From a virus (Duplodnaviria; Caudoviricetes): a DNA stretch of 58,243 bases. A program made the translations under genes and the position numbers. Shown piece after piece: positions 38,712 to 47,728 of this stretch. Position 1 is the first letter of the stretch; each line of letters starts with the position of its first letter. The stretch spans positions 1 through 58,243 of the IMG/VR virus record IMGVR_UViG_3300020313_000002; one strand, given 5' to 3'. The notes beneath the pieces are model-generated. The model worked only from the letters and a program-made list of their open reading frames with translations, had not been told where the DNA came from and ran no database searches.

Positions 38712-39487
38712 TAGAGTAACCCGCTTGCTGTCTTGCTTACTTCGACATCATCAAGATGCGGGCTTCCAGAGTCTAGTCTAGCATCAACCATCATCGTAGA
38801 GTTTCTTATGTCATCAACATTAACACCAAACTCTGTAGCCAAGTCCCAGTAGGGAACCATCCATTCTCTGCGGGCGATTAGTATAGGTTCAGGGGTGCCG
38901 TTATCTTCCGTGACAGAATGGGTTCGTAGCTCAGCAGTTGAGTGAGAGATATCATCCTCATGTCCATGATGCCCGCAACATGAGATAGGAAAGAAGAATA
39001 CAGATTCAGCTGGAGAGAGATGCCAGTGCTTGTTATTTACCCTGAGATGGTCAGATCGGTTCTCTATTTCATCCCATAGTATTTGCGAATCGTAATTAAC
39101 AGATCCACCGTACCAATACTCTGACCCGGTGTTGCCAAAAATATTATGGCTAGCAGACAGGAGTCGTCGTCTTAGATATTCATCTACGTCTATACGCTCA
39201 TCAGTGGTCTTGTTATGTACAGTGACTTCACCAGTAATCAGATTGGTACGCTCTACGTCACTGCCAACACGAACAAACTTATACTCAGAGCTAATGATTA
39301 GCCGAGCTTCGTGAATGGTGCCACTTGCGTTGAGTCCAGATACATCATTCAACTGGCGTTCAGTTGACGAGCATATGGTTTCGGCATTAGCCTTTAATAT
39401 TCTATCTGTGCTAAACGCTTCAACTATATCCCCATCTTTGTAGCCAGTCGGAGATCCTGAGTCACCGACCTTGATGAGAATTTCCAT
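38711..39487 (-). CDS. Hypothetical protein (tail module)
   Basis: Starts MEILIKVGD just after the upstream stop; coupled to the tail fibre gene. Confidence 0.7.
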   Translation of the reverse strand: MEILIKVGDSGSPTGYKDGDIVEAFSTDRILKANAETICSSTERQLNDVSGLNASGTIHEARLIISSEYKFVRVGSDVERTNLITGEVTVHNKTTDERIDVDEYLRRRLLSASHNIFGNTGSEYWYGGSVNYDSQILWDEIENRSDHLRVNNKHWHLSPAESVFFFPISCCGHHGHEDDISHSTAELRTHSVTEDNGTPEPILIARREWMVPYWDLATEFGVNVDDIRNSTMMVDARLDSGSPHLDDVEVSKTASGLL

Positions 39488-39491
39488 GTTG

Positions 39492-39983
39492 CTACGACAG
39501 TCTGATTTCCATATCCTGCAATGATAGTTTCTGCCCATCAGATACGCTTCGGTCAGATCCTAGATCCCACCAAGCAATCACTTTATTTGCTGTATTATCG
39601 GCAGCACTTCCAGCATTATCCATTAGTACAGCATAGCGTGCGCCATCACCGGAGTTTGGTATTGATCCGCCGCTAGCAGTCCATTCAATATTTTTGATTT
39701 GAACATGGCCGTAGTTATTTGACTCTGCCGTGGCATCTGCACTGATAACATCAAAGTCCGTAGTGCCTCTTGTTACTGATGTTCCACCAGCAGTGTAACC
39801 ATTTCCGGTAGCTATCTCAGCACTATTGAGATCGTTCCATGTATCGTGGTTTGCATTAGGTGTAGTAGCCGCAGTAATTAACGCAATGTACATAGTATCA
39901 TTGGTTGACCCGCCATTCATTTGCTTACGAAAGGTAGTCTCAAGAATCCAAGCCTTACCTTTATCTGTTACGCCACTAGCCAT
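39492..39983 (-). CDS. Small tail-fibre-associated structural protein
   Basis: YIAL......P......EIATGNGYTAGG...WTASGG.I..ARYAVL pattern common upstream of phage fibres; AGGAG RBS. Confidence 0.75.
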   Translation of the reverse strand: MASGVTDKGKAWILETTFRKQMNGGSTNDTMYIALITAATTPNANHDTWNDLNSAEIATGNGYTAGGTSVTRGTTDFDVISADATAESNNYGHVQIKNIEWTASGGSIPNSGDGARYAVLMDNAGSAADNTANKVIAWWDLGSDRSVSDGQKLSLQDMEIRLS

Positions 39984-40000
39984 ATCTTATATCTCCTGAG

Positions 40001-40020
40001 TTTTGGAAAATTTTTCCAAC
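40001..40020. promoter_or_regulatory. Palindromic site 4 of 5
   Basis: TTTTGGAAAATTTTTCCAAC between a - strand TATAAT (40028-40033) and the RBS of the tail module. Confidence 0.75.
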
Positions 40021-40034
40021 TTTCTTTATTATAA

Positions 40035-40394
40035 CTATTCGATCTCTGTAATTTCTATGTCTAAACATCCCGGCGACAGAACATCACCACGGATAATTCT
40101 TAGGTCGTCGATCTGCTCATCATCTCCAAATATACCAGCATATCCTAGTGCGTCCAGCGCAGCTTTGTTTATGTTGTCGATATCACGTCGCCTTCTGTCT
40201 GGCATGGTGGCCTTAATTACAACTCGGAGTCGCTTAAGAAGTGGTAAGCCACTAATGTCCAGCTCACGAATAGCATAATCCACAGCGCCACGGTACTCTC
40301 TCCCTCTCTTAGAGATGATTACCCTTCCCTTTACGGCACGCCAATAGGTATTTACGCTTGGGGGGTAGGGTATTACTATGTCAATTTTAGCCAT
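40035..40394 (-). CDS. rusA: RusA-family Holliday junction resolvase
   Basis: PYPPSVNTYWR, PDRRRRDIDNINKAALDAL and DDEQI. Confidence 0.93.
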   Translation of the reverse strand: MAKIDIVIPYPPSVNTYWRAVKGRVIISKRGREYRGAVDYAIRELDISGLPLLKRLRVVIKATMPDRRRRDIDNINKAALDALGYAGIFGDDEQIDDLRIIRGDVLSPGCLDIEITEIE

Positions 40395-40785
40395 CTAGGT
40401 GGCCTTCCTTGATAAGATCTTTCACCTCTTTCAGGATTTCTTCTATTGTCACCCTATTCGGGGCGCGAAGATCTGGATCTCTTAATCGCAGCCAGTCCTT
40501 CAGGTGGAAGTACTTGTCGTCATGTAAAAATTTATATGCTAGTTGTTTAGCGTGGGGCATTGCGGCAAGGTCATCCATGTGGCATTTCTTGCAAGCTCTA
40601 AAGTAGTTGCATTTGTGTGCCCATGCATAGTTTGTGGCATGACTGCGGCGCTCTATCTCGTGAGTCTCCAGAGGAAATCCACGGTACTCTTTCCTCTTAC
40701 ATATCCAGCAAGTTTTCCTCGTCTTTGCCCATCGCTTTCTCTGTTCTAACAGCTCCTTTATCTCCGACTCCGTTTTCTTGGGCAT
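40387..40785 (-). CDS. HNH-like endonuclease / Zn-binding protein
   Basis: CWIC...LETHEI...NY...CKKCH. Confidence 0.65.
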   Translation of the reverse strand: MPKKTESEIKELLEQRKRWAKTRKTCWICKRKEYRGFPLETHEIERRSHATNYAWAHKCNYFRACKKCHMDDLAAMPHAKQLAYKFLHDDKYFHLKDWLRLRDPDLRAPNRVTIEEILKEVKDLIKEGHLDG

Positions 40786-40924
40786 CCTGCTCCGTCCTAA
40801 TCTGCTCTCTTATTTTTTCCATGTGGCTCTCAGTATACACCACAAGTTCTTTATCGTCGAAGCTGTTCTCATACATAACATAGTATGTCTGCCCAGATTC
40901 AGTTACTACTTTCTTCATCAACAT
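40697..40924 (-). CDS. Small acidic hypothetical protein
   Basis: 75-aa ORF bridging its neighbours. Confidence 0.45.
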   Translation of the reverse strand: MLMKKVVTESGQTYYVMYENSFDDKELVVYTESHMEKIREQIRTEQDAQENGVGDKGAVRTEKAMGKDEENLLDM

Positions 40925-41291
40925 AAGTCATTACCCTTTCCCTGATGGAATCTAATGTAGCTAGGAATTGTTCTGGATTATACATTGCTGTGTTGTTAAG
41001 GATGGCGGTAGACGATTCGCACTCTGCCTTAAACACAATCCTTCTCAGTCTATTGAGTATGGACTCTATGACTGTATGCCCGTCCTCCTTCACCCCATAC
41101 GTCTTCAGAAGAGAGTAAACAGCCTCCTTATCTTTTAAGTAAATGGCATCAAGAAGATAATACAATTCACTATGGCTTGATACATGGTCGGGAGATATCC
41201 TAACCTTCATCCCTTCGCAGGCATCGCTGCTAGCTAATGCACCTCCGAGTGCTATCAAAAATAATTCTCTCTCTTTATCTTTCAGTTTCAT
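40899..41291 (-). CDS. Hypothetical protein with weak similarity to the DnaB N-terminal domain
   Basis: ATGA-coupled to the helicase; LGGAL...DA.......ISPDH.....L..LLDAI pattern. Confidence 0.55.
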   Translation of the reverse strand: MKLKDKERELFLIALGGALASSDACEGMKVRISPDHVSSHSELYYLLDAIYLKDKEAVYSLLKTYGVKEDGHTVIESILNRLRRIVFKAECESSTAILNNTAMYNPEQFLATLDSIRERVMTYVDEESSN

Positions 41292-42916
41292 ACTCCACCC
41301 ATCTTTCTTCTTTTGTCTACCTCTTTGCGGATAGCACTGGATAGCCACTTATGTGCTATGTATGGCTTCCCAGATGCACACCCTTCTAAATACCACGTTG
41401 GTATATCTTCTACTAACATTCCTTTGAACTTACCGAAAAGCATCCTTGCCCCTCTCTTCTTCTTTCTGACACCGGCCTGAGCTGATCCTACATGCTCTAC
41501 GCGTATCTTCCTGTAGTTAGCAATGGCCTCTACTCTTGCTCTCTCATTGCGTTCCTCCTCCTCCCTTTCTATGGCCAGCGCCTTGTTAGCCTCTGCCAGA
41601 GCTTCATCTATTTCCTGAAGACCCTCATCCTTTAATATTATTTCTCTAGCCCGGTTGACCACCTCTTCACCAAGGTGGCCACCCATGACATCAACACTTG
41701 TAATTATCTTGTGGGCAAGGCTTGCGTCCACGAGATCTATCATTCGGAAGTGTGGCTTCTTACTGTTTGCTATTGCCTGCTTTCTGGCTTCGGCATCACT
41801 GCCATCAAAATCGACAACGCCAGCAAGAGGCCGAGTACCCCTACCGAAGATCTGAGTATATAACGCTTTAGACTTGGTGGGCCGTGCCATGACGATACAT
41901 TCCAAGGCAGGATAGTCCCATCCTGTTGTAAGAATACCAACATTGCAAACATGAGTAAGACCATCACGATCTTCCTGAAAGCTCTGCAATACTTCTCGCC
42001 GTCGTTGGGGGGTACATCTTGATGTGTCTGATGCGATCCAGTCTGCTTTGATACCATAAGAGTCAACCAACCTTTCTGCCACCATCTTTGCTTCCGCTAC
42101 GCTGCTGCAATAAACAACAGTCTTTGAGTCTTTTGTTTCTCGTGCTGTTATATCAGCGATTTCAAATATTGTTTCCCATCTTTCAAGTAATCCATTTAGT
42201 TCGTGCCTATTGAAGTCACGACCAAACACTGTGCCGGTACTGGAAACCTCACTTAGATCTAATGATTCCAACTGGATGCAGTCAGTCAGGGCTGGCACTA
42301 GCCATCCATCAGGAACCGCATCTGTTATGCCGTATTGATATACACAGTCATCGTATATATTAGCCATTGACTTCTTATCATGTCGCTTGGCTGTTGCAGT
42401 GACACCCAGAACCTTTGCCCCGTTATTCCGGTAATAGTCTATAAGTTCCTTCCACCCTTTAGTAATTGATAGATGCGCCTCGTCAATTACTAATAGGCCA
42501 ACGTCACGTATCCTCTCATATCTCTTTGGTTCACCAGCAAGAAGTGTGTCCTTGCTCCCAACAATATATTTAGATCTCCCCCAAGGCGTTTCAACAGACC
42601 AGTGCTTTGCTTGTTCAACTCCCGGTTGCTCCCCCGTCCTCTGGAATATCTTCTTAGAAGCCTGACCTATCAGCTGGATGTAGGGTGCGACAACAAGACA
42701 CCTGCCCTTATCCCAGTCTTTTATAAGCTGTGTAAATATCTCTGTCTTACCAAGACCTGTTGCTATCTCAACCAGAACAGAGTCGTGCTTCCTGAAAGAG
42801 TCCTCAATGGTTTCACGGGCTTCTGTTTGGTATGGCCTCTCGCAAAAATAATTTACTTGTCCCGGCTTTCCACTCCTGTTCGGCTGAGAAAACCCGTCGA
42901 ATAACAGTTGTTGCAT
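41288..42916 (-). CDS. SF2 DEAD/DEAH-box helicase with C-terminal FGK.KG (DUF3820-like) domain
   Basis: RPYQ, ATGLGKT, DEAH, TAT, LTTGWD.P, QIFGRGTR and MLFGKFKG. Confidence 0.92.
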   Translation of the reverse strand: MQQLLFDGFSQPNRSGKPGQVNYFCERPYQTEARETIEDSFRKHDSVLVEIATGLGKTEIFTQLIKDWDKGRCLVVAPYIQLIGQASKKIFQRTGEQPGVEQAKHWSVETPWGRSKYIVGSKDTLLAGEPKRYERIRDVGLLVIDEAHLSITKGWKELIDYYRNNGAKVLGVTATAKRHDKKSMANIYDDCVYQYGITDAVPDGWLVPALTDCIQLESLDLSEVSSTGTVFGRDFNRHELNGLLERWETIFEIADITARETKDSKTVVYCSSVAEAKMVAERLVDSYGIKADWIASDTSRCTPQRRREVLQSFQEDRDGLTHVCNVGILTTGWDYPALECIVMARPTKSKALYTQIFGRGTRPLAGVVDFDGSDAEARKQAIANSKKPHFRMIDLVDASLAHKIITSVDVMGGHLGEEVVNRAREIILKDEGLQEIDEALAEANKALAIEREEEERNERARVEAIANYRKIRVEHVGSAQAGVRKKKRGARMLFGKFKGMLVEDIPTWYLEGCASGKPYIAHKWLSSAIRKEVDKRRKMGGV

Positions 42917-43737
42917 CCCGCACCTCCACACTTATCACATTCTTCACATGGCTCACACTGTTTAAATATATCTTCTGCCTCTTGGAGAAGAGCTTGATAT
43001 CTGGTTTGCTTAGTTGCTATATAAGCTCCCTTCGATGGGTCAAGACATATGGCATCCATATCTCGCATGATCCGCTGTATGTCTAAGACTGCCCTTCTGT
43101 ATGGTATGGCCATACTGCTGAGCGTGTCATCTTCTGGCATGGCTACAGATATATTTTTAGCAGATCCATTCTTTACCTTTTTGGTAATGTTTTTCTGGGC
43201 TTTAGGTTCCTTGCTTGATAGAGACTTGACTTGCTTTCGGTTGGCTTTTACTGCACCGGATAATATATCCTTCTTCACATCCTCGTGCAGGCTATCCACA
43301 TCTTTGGCAAACTCTATGTCGTTACGTATAGTCCTTGCTGTAACGCCTGATGACTTAGCGAGATTACGTGTTTCCTCGGTTTTGTTTCTATCTTTGCTGG
43401 AAACCCTGCTCATAAGTATCTGCGCTCGCATATAACTAACCTCTTGGGGTGTCATATTGCGTCTTCCGTACTGATGATTGATTATCCAAGCACGGGCTTG
43501 CGCTCTAGTAGCAAAGTCAACCTCCTCAATTCGGTATGGAAGGTTATGTTCGCCACATATTCTATGCCTGTGGTGACCATCAATGATTACTCCATTCCAT
43601 GCAATGATTGGATCTGTTGCTTTCCCGGCATCAATAATATTTTTTTCTAGGGATTCATACTCCTCACTTGAAAGCTGCCGGAGAAGATGCTGGAACTCTG
43701 TGTCAATCTTCAAAGTGCTTTGGTTCGCTACCGCCAT
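42853..43737 (-). CDS. ParB/Srx N-terminal domain protein with HTH and C-terminal Cys cluster
   Basis: DPII.W...IIDGHHR, NHQYGRRNMT, LAKSSGVTARTI and C..C..C...GC..C; start set at MAVANQ after GAGGAG. Confidence 0.82.
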   Translation of the reverse strand: MAVANQSTLKIDTEFQHLLRQLSSEEYESLEKNIIDAGKATDPIIAWNGVIIDGHHRHRICGEHNLPYRIEEVDFATRAQARAWIINHQYGRRNMTPQEVSYMRAQILMSRVSSKDRNKTEETRNLAKSSGVTARTIRNDIEFAKDVDSLHEDVKKDILSGAVKANRKQVKSLSSKEPKAQKNITKKVKNGSAKNISVAMPEDDTLSSMAIPYRRAVLDIQRIMRDMDAICLDPSKGAYIATKQTRYQALLQEAEDIFKQCEPCEECDKCGGAGCNNCYSTGFLSRTGVESRDK

Positions 43738-43915
43738 AATGGTTAAGCTCCTCTTTTCTTGATTTGTAAATAAGGCGAAGAACCTCCCTTGTTCTTTCGC
43801 CGTAACTGGAAGCCTTGATGCCTTGAGCCACCTCATGTAGCTCATGTACTGTCGTTGAGTTATGTATTGCCTCGCTGACAACGGCAACGGCTAGTGTGTT
43901 TATAAACTCAGTCAC
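43703..43915 (-). CDS. Small hypothetical protein
   Basis: 70-aa ORF coupled to the ERF stop. Confidence 0.55.
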   Translation of the reverse strand: MTEFINTLAVAVVSEAIHNSTTVHELHEVAQGIKASSYGERTREVLRLIYKSRKEELNHYGGSEPKHFED

Positions 43916-44529
43916 TATCCGATCTCCTGTAGCTTAGTCTTGTAGACAGAACTAAGATCTTCTAGCTGATCGTCACTAAATTTAGCACTGTCATATGATT
44001 GGATCTTCTCCATCATTTCGTCTAGCTCTTCTTTGTTGGAGCATTTAGATAGTGCTGTTACTGCACGACCAACGTAATAAGAATTATCCTTATCTCGTGA
44101 TTGGATCACCGCATCGGGATCATCTCCAGTTTCGATCAGGAAGAATTCCCTTAGAGCATACTTCTTGGCAAGGGTCATAGCTTTAGCCGCACGCTTGTCC
44201 CCACCATCACTTGCTTCTGAAAACACTTTAACAATTCTTATTTCGCCACTGTCTACATGCTCAAACGCAAAGTCCCTGACACCTAGGAATAACGATGCAC
44301 GGTTGCCATTGTTGGTTGTATAACCTTCGGTCGAATGTATCTCAGATCCAACAGGATACATTACTATTCCATGCTCTATCATACTTGGCCTTAGCTGTGC
44401 TATAAGTTCAGCTTCACCAGCGTAGGTGTAGCCATATTTACCAGTGCCAACCTTCCCCTTCTTCTGTACATATCCAACGTCTTTCATCACTGCTAGTTGT
44501 GCAGCTGATAGTGATTCATGCTTACTCAT
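43915..44529 (-). CDS. ERF-family single-strand annealing protein
   Basis: Y.Y.....L...LRP.MIEHGI, D.GDK...KAMT.A.KYAL...FLI.TGDDPD. Confidence 0.88.
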   Translation of the reverse strand: MSKHESLSAAQLAVMKDVGYVQKKGKVGTGKYGYTYAGEAELIAQLRPSMIEHGIVMYPVGSEIHSTEGYTTNNGNRASLFLGVRDFAFEHVDSGEIRIVKVFSEASDGGDKRAAKAMTLAKKYALREFFLIETGDDPDAVIQSRDKDNSYYVGRAVTALSKCSNKEELDEMMEKIQSYDSAKFSDDQLEDLSSVYKTKLQEIG

Positions 44530-44707
44530 TTTCCATCTCCTCTTCTGCTACGACCCACTCAACTAGGTCGATATGTTTATCTTCCGAAAGTGCAGCATCA
44601 ATAGCTTGATTAACTACATGCACCTGATCTTCACCATGAAAGATCATCTCATTTATGAAGCTCTCTCCGTGATGACGATATCCAATAGAATATTTTTTAA
44701 GCGACAC
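44522..44707 (-). CDS. Small hypothetical protein
   Basis: 61-aa ORF after GGAG, operon-packed. Confidence 0.55.
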   Translation of the reverse strand: MSLKKYSIGYRHHGESFINEMIFHGEDQVHVVNQAIDAALSEDKHIDLVEWVVAEEEMENE

Positions 44708-45171
44708 TATAGCTCCTCTCCATCTTCCTTGTTGTCTCTCTTTGACTCTGACTCGATGATGATATCGAACATGGCCTGCATCATGCCGTCAAACATTTCC
44801 TCTAGCCAGCCTAGGGTTTTAGTTTTTATTTCAGCTGTAGTTATAGGAAGCACCATTATCACATCGTTGGAAGCAAACTCTTTTACCTCACCATTTGATT
44901 CGTCAGTAGAAATCTTCTTGAGCCTAATGATGGAGTCTGTTCTGCCTATTACAGATCCGGTAAAGACTGCATTGATTGCATCCCTTACCTCTTCTCGGAG
45001 ATCCTCTGGGAATATAACCTCACGATCCCTTAACAGGTCTTCGGCATCTTCCTTTGAGATGTTCTGTATGGCATCATAAAGTGATCCGTCATCTGCAACT
45101 ACAAGCTGCCCGATTTTAATCGGAGGCATCTCACCTGAATCCCCATCAAACTTTTGTATTCTGTGCCTCAA
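44707..45171 (-). CDS. Acidic hypothetical protein
   Basis: 154 aa; TTG start after GGGAG. Confidence 0.65.
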   Translation of the reverse strand: MRHRIQKFDGDSGEMPPIKIGQLVVADDGSLYDAIQNISKEDAEDLLRDREVIFPEDLREEVRDAINAVFTGSVIGRTDSIIRLKKISTDESNGEVKEFASNDVIMVLPITTAEIKTKTLGWLEEMFDGMMQAMFDIIIESESKRDNKEDGEEL

Positions 45172-45182
45172 TTGAGTCTCCC

Positions 45183-45998
45183 TTATTCGTTGTTAATCAT
45201 GTCCTCTAAGTTAATCACCTGCCCCCAACCATCTGAATGCCAGTCATCATGTGCTTGGCACCAGTTGATTCGTTCGAGTGTTTGGTAGTTTATTAGCCGT
45301 GCTTGCCCCATCATTTCCTGTGGTATCTCAAAGACGAGTGTTTCATAAGGAGGGAAATTCCTTACGACTATGAACACAAATCTTTCAGCATCAAACACAT
45401 CGCAATAGTGTGCTGCCTGAAACTGGTAGCCGTATTTGTATATGGCATCCTTAGCAAACTGCACGCCAAGGTGTTGTCGTGTTGTCTTGAAGTCTACGAT
45501 CAATCCCCTGTCTGAGAAGTCAGCATCACACATTGCCTTGCAGCTGACACCCTCTATGTCCTTGATCCCAACAACCTCATTCCTCTCAACTGTTAAGTCA
45601 AAAATATGTTTAACGGCTGCTGGGTTTTCATATACCGACTCTTTCATCCTGAGAACCATGTCCATTTCTTCAGGTGAAAGGATGACTTTCCCTTGGTTAA
45701 GCTCCCTGAATTCTGACATCCACTCTCGGTGTGCCTTTCGCCTTAGGTTTATAGGCTCACCCATGATTGACACTGGTGTTACCACAGCGCTCTCGCTAAA
45801 CACATCGAAGTCTGCCATGACAAGGTGAAAGGCTGACCCTATACGCATTGAATCACTTGGCTCAGGGGAATGAACATTACGCTTAATGTGGGTGTGGTAA
45901 AAAGTCCACGGCCCCTTATCACGGAAGTCTTTCATCATCGAATTAGATATCTCTGGCCTAGAAAAATATTCTTCCTGTGTGATATCAAGTCGTTCCAT
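45183..45998 (-). CDS. RecE/Exo VIII-like PD-(D/E)XK exonuclease (DUF3799)
   Basis: ISNS..K, M.IGSAFH, CKAMCD, IVDFKTT and YGY.FQAA.Y. Confidence 0.9.
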   Translation of the reverse strand: MERLDITQEEYFSRPEISNSMMKDFRDKGPWTFYHTHIKRNVHSPEPSDSMRIGSAFHLVMADFDVFSESAVVTPVSIMGEPINLRRKAHREWMSEFRELNQGKVILSPEEMDMVLRMKESVYENPAAVKHIFDLTVERNEVVGIKDIEGVSCKAMCDADFSDRGLIVDFKTTRQHLGVQFAKDAIYKYGYQFQAAHYCDVFDAERFVFIVVRNFPPYETLVFEIPQEMMGQARLINYQTLERINWCQAHDDWHSDGWGQVINLEDMINNE

Positions 45999-46209
45999 CG
46001 TTCTTTTCCCTTAGCTCCCTTATGGTTTCGACAATCGAAAACAAATGATTGGTCTTCAGCTTGTACGTGTTGTCCAAGGCTTTCCGAGCCATGTCATGCT
46101 CTGCCCAGTCCAGCCATTTGCGAGATGGATTACCATCAAAGCTATAGATATGAGTCTCTAAAAGTTTGTCGTCGGTTCCTAACACACGGAATATTAGTAA
46201 CGACTTCAT
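45985..46209 (-). CDS. Small hypothetical protein
   Basis: 74 aa, ATGA-coupled. Confidence 0.55.
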   Translation of the reverse strand: MKSLLIFRVLGTDDKLLETHIYSFDGNPSRKWLDWAEHDMARKALDNTYKLKTNHLFSIVETIRELREKNDGTT

Positions 46210-46565
46210 TTTCCACGGCGATTTGTTATTTCATTTCGGAGTACATTCTTTATGTCCCTTACCCCTTTAGGGCCACAACCTTGCACACGGTATACAAGGA
46301 ACTCCTCTGTCACATTTGTTAAATCACCGATGGTAAGGATGTCTGCTCTCTCAAGCGCATTGACAATTCGCTCGTCAAGTTCTGTTTGGGCTAATGGTTT
46401 CCTGAACAAGGGAGCCTTCTCTATCTTTTGCATGGATAGCTCTGCTTCATCTATGCAAAGATGAGCTGCTTCAAAGTGTCCAGCTTTTAGTAAGTGATAT
46501 ATGCGATCCGAAAATAGCTTCGCATCTGTATCACTCATCGAGAATGATGTTGACTTGTAATTCAT
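46206..46565 (-). CDS. Stand-alone RNA polymerase alpha-CTD-like protein
   Basis: PLAQTELDERIVNALERADILTIGDL...TEEFL...QGCGPKGVRDIKNVL matches the alphaCTD pattern L..R..N.L....I..IGDL...TE..L....N.G.KS..EI. Confidence 0.82.
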   Translation of the reverse strand: MNYKSTSFSMSDTDAKLFSDRIYHLLKAGHFEAAHLCIDEAELSMQKIEKAPLFRKPLAQTELDERIVNALERADILTIGDLTNVTEEFLVYRVQGCGPKGVRDIKNVLRNEITNRRGK

Positions 46566-46737
46566 TCTCGCTTTCCATTAGCTCATTCCTAACAATATTT
46601 ACAGATGATGGTGCTTCTATAGCTATTGAACATCGCTTGCAACCAGCATCTCTTATCTTTTGAATGGTAATCTCTACACTGGTTTCTCCATCCACCAGAG
46701 TTATAGACTCCCCTTCTTTACGCGACAGTACTAGCAT
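46531..46737 (-). CDS. csrA: Carbon storage regulator CsrA/RsmA homologue
   Basis: MLVLSRKEGESI...EITI......IAIEAP.SV.IVR.EL. Confidence 0.9.
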   Translation of the reverse strand: MLVLSRKEGESITLVDGETSVEITIQKIRDAGCKRCSIAIEAPSSVNIVRNELMESENELQVNIILDE

Positions 46738-46936
46738 CTTCTTCCTTCCTTGGTCTTCCAGCTTTTCGTCTATCAATCTTGAAGTCTTCTACATCCTGCC
46801 GTTTAATAAGCCATAGGCCAGCGGGTAAACGATAGCCCTTAAGATCTGACGAACGCAATAGCTGGCGAACCCTGCTACAGGTTACATCTAAGATGCAGGC
46901 GGCTTCTCTTGTTGTTAGATATTCTTCAATGTTCAT
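46718..46936 (-). CDS. Excisionase-like HTH DNA-binding protein (HTH_17)
   Basis: YLTTREAA.ILDVT.SRVRQL.R...LKG......WLI...DVE.F....RKAGRP. Confidence 0.85.
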   Translation of the reverse strand: MNIEEYLTTREAACILDVTCSRVRQLLRSSDLKGYRLPAGLWLIKRQDVEDFKIDRRKAGRPRKEEDASTVA

Positions 46937-46942
46937 GCTATA

Positions 46943-46970
46943 ATTCTACCGTATACGGAATAATAGTCAA
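46943..46970 (-). promoter_or_regulatory. Sigma70-like promoter with CCGTATACGG dyad; likely leaderless start of the HTH gene
   Basis: TTGACT-ATTATTCCGTATACGG-TAGAAT; the ATG follows 6 nt after the -10 with no RBS. Confidence 0.8.
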
Positions 46971-46999
46971 CTGATTTATTGATTAGAATGGGATGTATT

Positions 47000-47245
47000 A
47001 TGCCAAGACGACGACGAAATAAACGATCAACGGAGGACGATTCTTTGTCACCTTCTGATGACAAGAGAGAACAGCGTGACGATAAGCGTGAGGACAAGCA
47101 GACCTTCAAGGTGGGTAAGACACAAGCTAAGGCTGACTTGCAACGTGCTAAGGCTAGCAAATGGAAATGGCTGTTCATGCTTATCGCATTGATTGCTGCT
47201 ATCATGGGATATTTCAAGTTCAAGATTCCCGGTATCGGAGGTTAA
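47000..47245 (+). CDS. Small C-terminally anchored membrane protein
   Basis: Charged N-terminus and TM WLFMLIALIAAIMGYF. Confidence 0.7.
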   Translation: MPRRRRNKRSTEDDSLSPSDDKREQRDDKREDKQTFKVGKTQAKADLQRAKASKWKWLFMLIALIAAIMGYFKFKIPGIGG

Positions 47246-47251
47246 ATAATT

Positions 47252-47473
47252 ATGGATTATATTAAGACACTACTTAATGATTTCCTAACGGCACTTAAAT
47301 CTAAACGTGTTGTCACCACCATTGTCGGTGCGATCCTTACCATACTTGCTGCCAAGTACGAGTGGATACCGCAGGATAGGATCGACGACATTGCTACATT
47401 CATTGCAGCACTAGTAGTTGGTGACTCGCTTCGTCCTACCAACCCTAACAAGATTGAAGACGAGACACAGTAA
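47252..47473 (+). CDS. Putative holin (2 TM)
   Basis: LKSKR followed by two hydrophobic helices and a charged C-tail; GGAGG RBS. Confidence 0.6.
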   Translation: MDYIKTLLNDFLTALKSKRVVTTIVGAILTILAAKYEWIPQDRIDDIATFIAALVVGDSLRPTNPNKIEDETQ

Positions 47474-47728
47474 ATGGAATGGATCTCCGAAAATATATTA
47501 ACATTGATATGTATGGTATGTGGCGCACTGTCCACCATCGTCGGCGGCGTTTGGTGGATGAGTGCCCTGTACTCAAAGGTCAGGCAAATCCATGAGCGAG
47601 TAGATGAATTTGTAGACGATTACAAATCATCTCAAGCTCGCATGTGGACTGCCATTCAAGAGATTGATGTTCGACTTGATGACCATAGCGAACGCCTCAC
47701 CCGTATTGAATCAAAGGTGAATCAATAA
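47474..47728 (+). CDS. Membrane protein with TM and coiled coil (holin/haemolysin XhlA-like)
   Basis: N-terminal TM, then RLDDHSERLTRIESK. Confidence 0.6.
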   Translation: MEWISENILTLICMVCGALSTIVGGVWWMSALYSKVRQIHERVDEFVDDYKSSQARMWTAIQEIDVRLDDHSERLTRIESKVNQ

